Part shown: one piece after another, positions 29,973-38,659 of the stretch | Position numbering within the stretch: the first letter of the stretch is position 1 | Layout: every line of letters starts with the position of its first letter | Assembly: GCA_903917235.1 (NCBI GenBank) | Contig: CAIWZS010000382.1 | Location: 1-40,474, forward strand | DNA: 40,474 bases | Source of the DNA: an uncultured Planctomycetaceae bacterium | GTDB lineage: Bacteria > Planctomycetota > Planctomycetia > Pirellulales > UBA1268 | Reading direction: 5' to 3' | Program-made: the position numbers and the translations under genes | The notes under the pieces: generated by a model | Databases searched by the model: none | What the model was told of the DNA's origin: nothing | The model's input: only the letters and a program-made list of their open reading frames with translations

Positions 29973-30051
29973 GGCGGCTCCCCGCCGGGGGCTCCGGTCA
30001 GCGAGGCCGCCGCGTCGGCAGTCTCTTCCCAGTTTGCCGGCGCGCACCACG

Positions 30052-30067
30052 TGGCACCCGTTGTGCA
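30052..30067 (+). promoter_or_regulatory. Candidate sigma-54 (-24/-12) promoter upstream of porin 1
   Basis: TGGCACCCGTTGTGCA has GG-N10-GC spacing and a perfect TGGCAC. Confidence 0.45.
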
Positions 30068-30180
30068 GTCTGCCCGACGGGACGTTTCGGCATGTCCGTT
30101 CCTTCCGGCGCACTCGGCTGACGATTCTCACGATCGGACCCCACCATGATGGCTGGGGGCGACGTACCGGGAACGACGAG

Positions 30181-31893
30181 ATGCACGGACGATCCGGTTG
30201 CACCGGTCGGATCGCCTCGATCGTGGTGATCATCCTCGTCGAGATGCTGTCCGGTCACGCTCTTGTCCGCGACGGGACGTGGCGGGGCAGCGCGTCCGGC
30301 GCCGAGCCGTTCGGCATCGCCAGTCCGTCGGCGTCGCTCGGGGACATCGCGCCGGGCGGGACGGACCCACCGGCGGATGACACGGCGCTCGACGAGCTTC
30401 CGCCGGACGAGTCGATGCCCGTCGACCGATCCGCGGCGACGGCCATCCCGGACCGGGCCGCGGCCGGGCCCACACCCGCCGACGAGGATCCACCGATCCA
30501 CGACGTCGTCAACGGTCTCCCGCTGACCGTCCATTGGCATCACGGCCTCGCGCTCGAATCGCCGTCACGGGACTTCGCCATCAAGGTGGGCGGCCGCGTG
30601 CAGATCGACACGTCGGCGTACACGGAGGGCGCAGGGCCGGCCGCGCCACCCGCCTTCGGCGGCTTGAACCCGCCGCTCAACGGCGCCACGAACGTTCGTC
30701 GGGCCCGCATCCGCGTCGAGGGACGGATGTACGAGGTCTATGACTGGGCGATGGAGTACGACTTCGCCAATCAGCTCGACGTGAACAACGAGGCCTTTCC
30801 CACCGAGCGGGACATCGGCCCGCTGCCGGCCATCACCGACGCCTGGGTGCAGATCCGCGAGCTCCCGATCCTCGGGATCGTGCGCATCGGCAACCAGAAG
30901 GACCCCTTCGGCTACGAGCACCTCACGAGCAGCCGCTGGCTCAACTTCATGGAGCGGTCGTTCACGATGGACGCCTTCGTGGGGCCGTTCAACAACGGCT
31001 TTCAGCCCGGCATCAAGATCCTGAACGCATCCGATGACGGCCGCGTCATCTGGCAGGTCGGCGAGTTCAAGAACACGAGCAACGTCTTCGGTGCGAGCGC
31101 CACCGACGGCGGCAGCCAGACCGTGGGACGGCTCGTGGTGCTGCCCGTGTTCGAGGGGGAAGGGGAGCGGCTGGTGCACCTCGGCGTGGCGGGCAGAACG
31201 ATGGGACTCAAGCTCCTGCAGACCGAATTCGATCCCGCGACCGGGCTGCCGACGGGGCCGGAAGTGCCCGCCGTCCGCTTCCGCAGTCGTGGCGACGTGC
31301 GGAACGGGCCGCCCGGCCCGGTCAATTCGATCTACGCGGATGCCGGGCTGCTCGAGGGCTCGTGGCAGAACATGATCGGCCTCGAGTTCGTCGGCAACGA
31401 CGGGCCGCTCTCCTGGCAGGCCGAATACATCGGCTCGTGGCTTTATGACGCGGTGACCACTGGCAACGACCCGATCAATGCCGGCCGCCAGCCGCCGGCG
31501 GGCACGAAGGTCGGCACGGTCTTCTACCAGGGCGGCTACGTCGAGGTGCTCTACTTCCTCACCGGTGAGACCCGCACCTACTCGCGGCTGGAAGGCGTCT
31601 TCGATCGTCCGATCCCGAGGAACACGTTCTACGTGCTGCGGGGCGCCCGCCGACTGCTTTCGAGTCCCGGGGCACAGGTGGGCGCCCGCTACAACTGCCT
31701 GTCGCTCAACGACGGCGAGGTGAACGGCGGCGTGCTCAACGCAGTCACGCTCGGGCTGAACTGGCTGTGGACCCCGAATGCCCGCGTCTACTTCAACTAC
31801 GACTTCACCTACCGCGACTTCGTCAACCTCGCCGGGTTCAACGGCAGCGGCGGCATCCACGCCTTCGGCACGCGCCTGGCCTTCGACTTCTGA
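30181..31893 (+). CDS. OprO/OprP-family (phosphate/anion-selective type) porin, paralog 1
   Basis: Signal peptide, GGRVQID, RRARIRVEG, RIGNQKDPFGYEHLTSSRWLNFMERS, YFLTGE, TLGLNWLW, C-terminal RLAFDF. Start uncertain. Confidence 0.88.
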   Translation: MHGRSGCTGRIASIVVIILVEMLSGHALVRDGTWRGSASGAEPFGIASPSASLGDIAPGGTDPPADDTALDELPPDESMPVDRSAATAIPDRAAAGPTPADEDPPIHDVVNGLPLTVHWHHGLALESPSRDFAIKVGGRVQIDTSAYTEGAGPAAPPAFGGLNPPLNGATNVRRARIRVEGRMYEVYDWAMEYDFANQLDVNNEAFPTERDIGPLPAITDAWVQIRELPILGIVRIGNQKDPFGYEHLTSSRWLNFMERSFTMDAFVGPFNNGFQPGIKILNASDDGRVIWQVGEFKNTSNVFGASATDGGSQTVGRLVVLPVFEGEGERLVHLGVAGRTMGLKLLQTEFDPATGLPTGPEVPAVRFRSRGDVRNGPPGPVNSIYADAGLLEGSWQNMIGLEFVGNDGPLSWQAEYIGSWLYDAVTTGNDPINAGRQPPAGTKVGTVFYQGGYVEVLYFLTGETRTYSRLEGVFDRPIPRNTFYVLRGARRLLSSPGAQVGARYNCLSLNDGEVNGGVLNAVTLGLNWLWTPNARVYFNYDFTYRDFVNLAGFNGSGGIHAFGTRLAFDF

Positions 31894-31948
31894 AGGGCCG
31901 AGCTTCCGTCCCGTCCGAGATCTTGTACCGTCCGGACCGCCGCGACCG

Positions 31949-34900
31949 TCAGCGGATCGTGACGTTCGTCACGCCGGTGGGCAGCGTGGGATTCACGAAG
32001 AATTCCGCCGTGAAGGCTCCCGACGCGGAATCGAGAACGTGCTGGTCAATCGTCTTCAGTCCGAGGGAGCCGCCCGTCGCGTCGTACAGGTAGGCGAAGG
32101 CGGCGAAGAGGGCGCGACCCGTGTTGAAGAACTGGCCGGAGGCCGGCGGCGCGTTCTGTGAATAGGCCCCCGGCAGGGGCGAGAATGACTCGACCGACGA
32201 AGGATTGAGCGGGTTGGCCGGATCGAGCGTGGTCGTGCCGGGCAGCGTGTCGACGACGTACGAAACACGTCCTCCCGAATTCAGGAACTGCACCCCCAGA
32301 CGGCCCTTGAACGATTGGCCCTGCGAGCGTCCCGGCAGCGTGAGGATCGAGAAGGGGATACCCATGTCGATCACGATCGGGCCCGTCGCCGCCGGCGTGC
32401 CGTCGAACGTGAGCGTGCCCATGGCCGGCTGCCAATCGGGCGGACTCGTCGCACCCGGCGCGAGGCCGGTGGGGGCGAGACGCGTGTAGGCGAAGCCGCT
32501 CTGGGCCGCGTCGAGTCCGAGCGTGACCCCGTCCGGGGTGATGACGTAGCCGGCCCGCATCGAGCCGTCCCGCATCTCGTCGATGTTGAGGAAGGCGTTG
32601 TACGACTGGTTGAGCGCGGCGGTCGTGGGGAACGTGCCGAGGCCACTGCGGTCGAAGCCGACACCGAAGTTGGAGACGGGCGACAGGATCGACGCCCCGT
32701 CGCGGCGGTTGTCGGCGTACGACGCCCACCATCCCCCGGGGATCGTGACGGTGCCCAGCGGGCCGCCCGGCCGGGGCGCCGGCACCGGGATGATCGGCGC
32801 CGACGACCGCCGGCTGCCGTCGGTGATCGTCACGCTGCCGGTCGCGAACATCGTGCCGAACGTGGTGCTCGCCGCGACGCTGCCTGGGGGTGGCACGCTC
32901 GAGGCACCCACGGCCGAGACCACGAGCACGGGCACGGTCGCCACCGCAGGCCGTGCGACCGGCGTCGATGAGCCGGGCGGGGTGAACGTGGAATCGACGA
33001 ACGTGACCCGCTGCGTGGACCACGTCCCGAAGTAGAGGCGGTTGCTGCTGTTGAGGTAGACGTACCCGCGCGGCCCGTCGAGCACGATGTCGGGATCGAG
33101 TTGGAGGGCGTCGAAGTAGAGTCCGCGCGATCCCGTGTCGAGGTTCACCTCGAGCCGCCGCGCGCCGATCCGCATCGCGACCTTCGGATCGGCGGAGTCG
33201 GCACCGATGAAGTCAGGCGGCGAGGTATAGGGCACGAGGTACCGGCCCGTGTCGGCGACGTAGCCGTCGAGCGGGTTGCCTCCGGGGGCTGGAGGCAGGA
33301 CGCCGGCACCGAGCGAGACGTCGGTGAGCCCGTTGCGCACGATCGAGTTCGCCGTGAAGACGGTGCCGCTGAAGTCACCCGTGACGAGGTCGATTCCGTA
33401 GAAGCCGTTGTCGGCAAGAAGGTTGCCCCGGACGAGGAGCCCGGTCACGCCGGCCGGTGCCATCAGCCCTGCACGGGCGTTCGCACGGATGCGGTTGTCC
33501 GCGATGACCGTCCCGGAGAAGTCGCCCGGCGCCACCACGATGCCATGGGTGTTCGGGCCTCCCGAGACGAGCCCCCACGGATTCGCGCGGCCCCGCCGCC
33601 CGATCGTGTTGCGTGTGAGCGAGAGACCCCTCACGGAACCGGCCAGCTCGATCCCGAACGTGGCATTGGCCACGATCGTATTGCGGGCCAGCACCGTTCC
33701 CGTGAAGTCGCCCCCCGCGAAGCTCACGCCGCTGCCTACGTTGCCGCTGATCGTGAAGCCGGTGAGTGACGACCCACGTGAACGCCCGCTGAACGAGACG
33801 CCGCTGCCGACGAAGTTCCGCACGGCTCCCCCGCCGCGCATCGCGAGGACGGCCCCGTCGGCTACCGCGATGCCCGTCGCCGCCGCGGTGGACGCGGATC
33901 CGTCGAGGGTCACCGTCGCCCGCGCGGCCACCTCGGCCGGCGACGTGAATGCGAGGCCGGCCAACGGCGTGCGTCGCCCGATGGCTCCACCGAAGCGGAT
34001 CGCGCCCGCGGGCCGTTCAGCTCCGTCGCCGGAAAAGATCGACAGCGGAAACCCGCCGTCGAGGGTGCCGGCGAACGCCACGGGCGTTCCCTCCGTCTCC
34101 ACCCACGTCTGGCTCGCGAGTCGGGCCGGACCACCGACGGCGAAGCGGCCTCGACCCGTGACGAACGTGCCCGCCAGCGTCGTCCGATCGGCATACACCT
34201 GGTCGTGAGCCGTGGCGGCTCCGGCCACCGCCGTCGAACCGGCCGCGTCCGTCGTCACGCCCGCGAGCGGCACCGTCGGACCGATCGGACGGACGAACCT
34301 CGTGGCGGCACCGGACCGGACGGAAAGTCCCTCGCCGCCGGGCGTCGTGCCGTCGATCGCGCCGGTGAACGTGACCGCGCCGGCTGCCGCCCGCACGAGC
34401 GTGTCGGCGGCGAGCGTTGTCGCACCGGACACGGAGAACGCCCGGCCGTTCGTGCGGTAGGTCCCGCCGAGGACGGCGTTCTGGCCGTAGGACTGTGGAC
34501 CGAGCGTCGTGACCGAGCCGAGGACGACTTTCGCGGAGCCACCGTTGGGCCGCAGCCGCAGAAGGCCCGCCTCGACGTCGAACATGACGTCGAACATGTC
34601 GTAGAGGTTGAGCCCGGTGTTCACGTTGTTGCCGGTGGTCGCCTTCCCGCTGGACGACGAGTAGCCGACCTGGTTGACGGAGCCGTCGTTTCCCGCGATG
34701 AATGACCACGCGAGCGGCGGCGTGCCGGGAGCCGGTGGGAAGTCGACGGTCAGCCTCGTGCCGGGATCGACCGCGTCGCCACCGGAGGAAAACGGGTACG
34801 GCTCATCGGCCGGCCACTCGGGCAGCCGCACGCTCATCGACGGCGCTCCCGAATCGATGAGCGTCTGGAGTGGACCGAGCGTCCGGCTGCGATCCCCCAT

Positions 34901-36313
34901 CGAGAGCGTGTAGGTGGGGGCGAAGGCCAGCTGGTCGAACACCTGCCGACCCGATGTCGGGTAGGAGACGTCGTCGATCCGATCGAGCGTCACCGCGTAG
35001 GGGAACTGCGCCCGCAGCTCGGGCGTGAGCCCGACCGTGAGCCGAGCCGGTCCGCCGATCGGCCCGAGTTCGACCACGAAGCCACTCGAGAGGTTGCCAG
35101 GCAGCTGCAGCAGCACGTTCGTGACCGCGACACCCGGCTCGGTCCCGCGATTGATGCCGAACGACGCGCCAAAGTCACCGAAGAAACTCCCCTCGACGGG
35201 CGGCGTCGTGCCGAGGAAGTCGAAGGATGCGCCCGTGTTGACGTTGCCCCCCGACAGGATCGCACCGATCTGCACGGGCACGGCCGTGGAGACGGCCGCG
35301 GCACCACGGCCGAGCGTCACGACCGCGTCCACGGCGACCGCGTCGTAGAAGTTGCCCGACGTGTAGTTCGCGTCGACCGGCGGCCCGCTCGGATCGATCC
35401 CGGGCCACACGGCCGGGTCATAGCCCGCCATGAACCCCGTGCCGCCGGTGTCGAACTCGTACATCCGCACCGGCCCACCACCGATCGACACCTCGATTCC
35501 ATACTTGTCCTGGACGGTGCCGCCCGACGTCGTGTAGGGCAGATAGTGCAACGGGATCGAACGGCTGGCGGCCGACTGCGGCACCACGAGCGGATCGACC
35601 GCGCGCGTCGCGAGCGACCGCAGCGGCACGCGGCCACCCACCGGGCCGTCGAAGGTCGTCGCGACCGGGCTCGTGACCGAAAGCGACTGCCGACCCGGAC
35701 GGCTTCCGTCGACCGGACCGGTGAACGTCACGGCGCCGGCGCCGCCCGCGATCGACACGTCGGCCGTAAGCGTCGTCGGGCCTTCGATCCGCACATCAGT
35801 GGCCGCGCGCCACGTGCCCGCCAGCTCGAGACGGGACGCAGCCAGCGTGATGCGTCCGCCCGTCGAGACGATGTTCGTCGCGGTCAGAGTCGCCGCGGGC
35901 AGACGCATCTCGACATCGCCCGCGAAGGCTGCGGCCGCCCCGAACTCGACCCGCTCGACCGCCTCCACCAGCAGCGAGGCTCCGATGTCGCCCGCGGCGA
36001 CGACGAGGCGTTGCGACCCCGCGGTGCCGGTGACGATCACCCGCGAGATCGTCGCGTCCGAGACGCTGAACGCGCTCTCGAAGCGCGGGTTCGCAGCCAC
36101 CTCGACGAGGCCGGCCGCCTGACGCACGTAGGCCGTGTCGAGCCGCGCGGACGAGTCGACCGCGATGACAAGGTCCGATCCGACGACCGTGGGGCTGACG
36201 GCGAGCAGGGTCCGGCGCTCGAGCCGCTCGGGGGCCGCCACCCCGGGCCACGTGCCGCCGCCGCCGCGCACCCGCAGTGCGAGACGAAGCGTCGTCGTTC
36301 GATCTCGCTTCAT
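31949..36313 (-). CDS. Large secreted beta-solenoid protein with two pepsin-like aspartic protease domains
   Basis: PERLERRTLLA planctomycete extracellular motif; FHA-like repeats; FDTGGTG/LIDSGA pair; parallel beta-helix rungs (GDFSGTV...N.I..N); LDTGSRG/VIDMGI pair; NTG motifs closing each protease domain. Confidence 0.8.
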   Translation of the reverse strand: MKRDRTTTLRLALRVRGGGGTWPGVAAPERLERRTLLAVSPTVVGSDLVIAVDSSARLDTAYVRQAAGLVEVAANPRFESAFSVSDATISRVIVTGTAGSQRLVVAAGDIGASLLVEAVERVEFGAAAAFAGDVEMRLPAATLTATNIVSTGGRITLAASRLELAGTWRAATDVRIEGPTTLTADVSIAGGAGAVTFTGPVDGSRPGRQSLSVTSPVATTFDGPVGGRVPLRSLATRAVDPLVVPQSAASRSIPLHYLPYTTSGGTVQDKYGIEVSIGGGPVRMYEFDTGGTGFMAGYDPAVWPGIDPSGPPVDANYTSGNFYDAVAVDAVVTLGRGAAAVSTAVPVQIGAILSGGNVNTGASFDFLGTTPPVEGSFFGDFGASFGINRGTEPGVAVTNVLLQLPGNLSSGFVVELGPIGGPARLTVGLTPELRAQFPYAVTLDRIDDVSYPTSGRQVFDQLAFAPTYTLSMGDRSRTLGPLQTLIDSGAPSMSVRLPEWPADEPYPFSSGGDAVDPGTRLTVDFPPAPGTPPLAWSFIAGNDGSVNQVGYSSSSGKATTGNNVNTGLNLYDMFDVMFDVEAGLLRLRPNGGSAKVVLGSVTTLGPQSYGQNAVLGGTYRTNGRAFSVSGATTLAADTLVRAAAGAVTFTGAIDGTTPGGEGLSVRSGAATRFVRPIGPTVPLAGVTTDAAGSTAVAGAATAHDQVYADRTTLAGTFVTGRGRFAVGGPARLASQTWVETEGTPVAFAGTLDGGFPLSIFSGDGAERPAGAIRFGGAIGRRTPLAGLAFTSPAEVAARATVTLDGSASTAAATGIAVADGAVLAMRGGGAVRNFVGSGVSFSGRSRGSSLTGFTISGNVGSGVSFAGGDFTGTVLARNTIVANATFGIELAGSVRGLSLTRNTIGRRGRANPWGLVSGGPNTHGIVVAPGDFSGTVIADNRIRANARAGLMAPAGVTGLLVRGNLLADNGFYGIDLVTGDFSGTVFTANSIVRNGLTDVSLGAGVLPPAPGGNPLDGYVADTGRYLVPYTSPPDFIGADSADPKVAMRIGARRLEVNLDTGSRGLYFDALQLDPDIVLDGPRGYVYLNSSNRLYFGTWSTQRVTFVDSTFTPPGSSTPVARPAVATVPVLVVSAVGASSVPPPGSVAASTTFGTMFATGSVTITDGSRRSSAPIIPVPAPRPGGPLGTVTIPGGWWASYADNRRDGASILSPVSNFGVGFDRSGLGTFPTTAALNQSYNAFLNIDEMRDGSMRAGYVITPDGVTLGLDAAQSGFAYTRLAPTGLAPGATSPPDWQPAMGTLTFDGTPAATGPIVIDMGIPFSILTLPGRSQGQSFKGRLGVQFLNSGGRVSYVVDTLPGTTTLDPANPLNPSSVESFSPLPGAYSQNAPPASGQFFNTGRALFAAFAYLYDATGGSLGLKTIDQHVLDSASGAFTAEFFVNPTLPTGVTNVTIR

Positions 36314-36739
36314 GTCACCCGTCTGATTCGCCCGGGGCCCCCGTCTCGAGCGTATTCGAGATCGGTGCGTCGCCGGCTCACTTCACGTACCGGACGTGGT
36401 CTGACACGTCGTCGCCTGACCCATTCAAAACGTGCCGCAACGCATTGGAGCGATGCCGTGGAGGTTCGGGCAAGGGGCGGCAACAGGGAAGGATCGTGGG
36501 CCTCAGGAGCGACCGACACCCCCCACCATGGAGGTGTCGGTGGGCAAACTGGGCGGACGTGAACGAAAAAGTTGAGATTGCGGCCGTTTCTCATAAAAGC
36601 AGCAACGGGGGTGATTCGATGAACTGTTCCGTAAGGGTTGACCGTGACGGTCGCAGTGGTTGCGGCCGGCGGGTCGATCCTTCCGGTTACCGCGAGCCTG
36701 ACGCCGCGACCGGTGCTTCGCAACGGACGCCACCACACC

Positions 36740-38572
36740 ATGACTCCGCACCATCGCCTGGCCCGTTCCGTCGGCCCCCCCGGACGCCTCGTGGGCGTTG
36801 CCTCGTGGTGGCACACCCTCGCCCACCTCGCCCTCGTCGGCTGGCTCGGCCTCGTCTTCTGCCCGGCGCGATCCTGGGCCGAAGCCGATGATCCCCAGCC
36901 CGCTGCCCCCGAGACTGCCGCGAAGGCCGCGCGCACCGCGGCACCGGTACCGCGTGTGGAGTCGCCACCCCGGGTACCGCCCGTCCGCGTGGCCCAGCAG
37001 CCGACCGACGCCGAGCGGCTCTCGCAGGGTGAGTCGTCGCTCACCGACGACGCGCTCTCCGACTCCGCCGGCCCGATGGCACCCGAGGGCCGGGAACTCG
37101 GCGCGGAGGGGGTGGAGAACCTCGGAGAGACCGAGGATGAGCAGCTCTCGCAGGGCGAGTCGTCGCTCACCGACGACGCGCTCACGGTGGGTGCCGACGT
37201 GAAGATGCTGCCGGAGTGGAACAACGGCCTCGAACTCTTCTCCACCAACCGCGAGTTTCGCATCCACATCGGTGGCCGGCTCCAGTACGACACGACGGCG
37301 TTCACGGCCGGCGACGGACCCAATCGCAACTTCAACGACGGCGGCCTCGACCCGAGGCTCGCCGGCGGCACCAACCCCCGCCGCGGCCGCCTCCGGGTGG
37401 ACGGCCAGATGTACGAGAACTACGAGTTCTTGAACGAGTGGGAGTTCGTGCAAGAAAGCTTCCTCTTCACGAACCAGCAGAACATCTCGGACGTCGCCGA
37501 CGGCCCGCTGCCCGCGCCGACCGAGGTCTGGCTCGGCATCTCGAAGCTGCCGTGGATCGGCAACGTCCGCATCGGCAACCAGAACACGCTCACCGGCCTC
37601 GAGCACATCACGAGCGACCGCTTCACGAATTTCATGGAGCGTTCGTACCTGGCCGACGCCTTCACGATGCCGTTCAACAACGCCTACTCCCCCGGCATCC
37701 TCATCTTCAACAACGCGCTCGAGAACGACCGCATGTGGTGGGGCATCGGGGCCTACAAGAACAACTACGACATCTACGGCTTCTCCAACACGGCGGCGGC
37801 CAATTCACTCCAGGGACGCGTGACGGGCCTGCTCATCGACGAGCCGGAACTCAACCGCTGGATGCACGTCGGCTTCTGCACCACGTACAACCAGCAGGCC
37901 AATCCCATCCTGCAGAAGAACTCCTCGGGGGCCGTGACCCAGCAGGGCGGCCTGCGGTACCGCGTCCGCGGCAACCTGCGGAACGGCCCGCCTGGTTCCT
38001 TCAACTCGATCTACGCCGACACCGGCATCCTCAACGGCAGCTACTTCACGCTCATGACGGCCGAGTACGCCGCGAACTTCGGCCCGCTCTCGATGCAGGC
38101 GGAGTGGACCTGCCACGTCGTGCCCAAGGTGCGGACGGCCCTCTCGACCAACGGCACATATGGCCAGCAGCCGGTGAACACCGTGATCGACAACCTCTTT
38201 TACCAGGGTGCCTACTGCGAGGTGATGTACGCCCTCACCGGCGAGGGACGAGCCTACAACAAGCGGCTCGCCATCCTCGACCGCTACGTGCCCCGCAGCA
38301 ACTTCTATCTCACCGAGGGGCGTCGAGGCTGGATCTCGAGCCCGGGTGCCTGGCAGATCGGGGCCCGCTACGACTGGGTGAATCTCAATGACAAGGGGCT
38401 CAACGGCGGCATGCTCAACGGCGTCACGCTCGGCCTCAACTGGATCTTGAACCCGAACGTCCGGGCCTACTTCAACTACGACTTCTGCTACCGCGACTTC
38501 GTGAACATGAACAACCAGAACGGCAGCGGCGGCATCAACGGCTTCGGCGCCCGGATGGCGATGGACTTCTGA
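36740..38572 (+). CDS. OprO/OprP-family porin, paralog 2
   Basis: Signal peptide, GGRLQYD, RRGRLRVDG, RIGNQ...GLEHITSDRFTNFMERS, GAWQIGARY, TLGLNWIL, C-terminal RMAMDF. Start uncertain. Confidence 0.88.
   Translation: MTPHHRLARSVGPPGRLVGVASWWHTLAHLALVGWLGLVFCPARSWAEADDPQPAAPETAAKAARTAAPVPRVESPPRVPPVRVAQQPTDAERLSQGESSLTDDALSDSAGPMAPEGRELGAEGVENLGETEDEQLSQGESSLTDDALTVGADVKMLPEWNNGLELFSTNREFRIHIGGRLQYDTTAFTAGDGPNRNFNDGGLDPRLAGGTNPRRGRLRVDGQMYENYEFLNEWEFVQESFLFTNQQNISDVADGPLPAPTEVWLGISKLPWIGNVRIGNQNTLTGLEHITSDRFTNFMERSYLADAFTMPFNNAYSPGILIFNNALENDRMWWGIGAYKNNYDIYGFSNTAAANSLQGRVTGLLIDEPELNRWMHVGFCTTYNQQANPILQKNSSGAVTQQGGLRYRVRGNLRNGPPGSFNSIYADTGILNGSYFTLMTAEYAANFGPLSMQAEWTCHVVPKVRTALSTNGTYGQQPVNTVIDNLFYQGAYCEVMYALTGEGRAYNKRLAILDRYVPRSNFYLTEGRRGWISSPGAWQIGARYDWVNLNDKGLNGGMLNGVTLGLNWILNPNVRAYFNYDFCYRDFVNMNNQNGSGGINGFGARMAMDF
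37013..37183 (+). repeat. 45-bp direct repeat (2 copies, 126 bp apart) in the porin 2 N-terminal extension
   Basis: 37013-37057 and 37139-37183 differ at 2 positions; both encode ExLSQGESSLTDDAL. Confidence 0.85.
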
Positions 38573-38659
38573 AACGGCCTCCCGGCGACCATGTCACACA
38601 CTCACGAACCCCACGCCACCGAGACGATGATCCTCGGAACGTTCATCGGAGACTGCACC

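Noticed and set aside
84-30233. Many long antisense or alternate-frame ORFs (e.g. 84-2006 +, 12236-14206 +, 23561-25423 +, 26288-28072 -, 28122-30233 -)
   Set aside because: They shadow well-supported genes, are Arg/Gly/Pro-rich without motifs, and are expected in high-GC DNA where stop codons are scarce.
31949-36313. Possibility that the inserted domains are inteins or Hint domains
   Set aside because: No Cys/Ser-start and His-Asn-end splice motifs at the junctions; the D(T/S)G pairs fit aspartic proteases.
36541-36605. GGGCAAAC...GAAAAA...AAAAGC, resembling a c-di-GMP-I riboswitch
   Set aside because: The P2 stem, GNRA loop and GACGCAAAGC arrangement cannot be built; a cmsearch would be needed to revive it.
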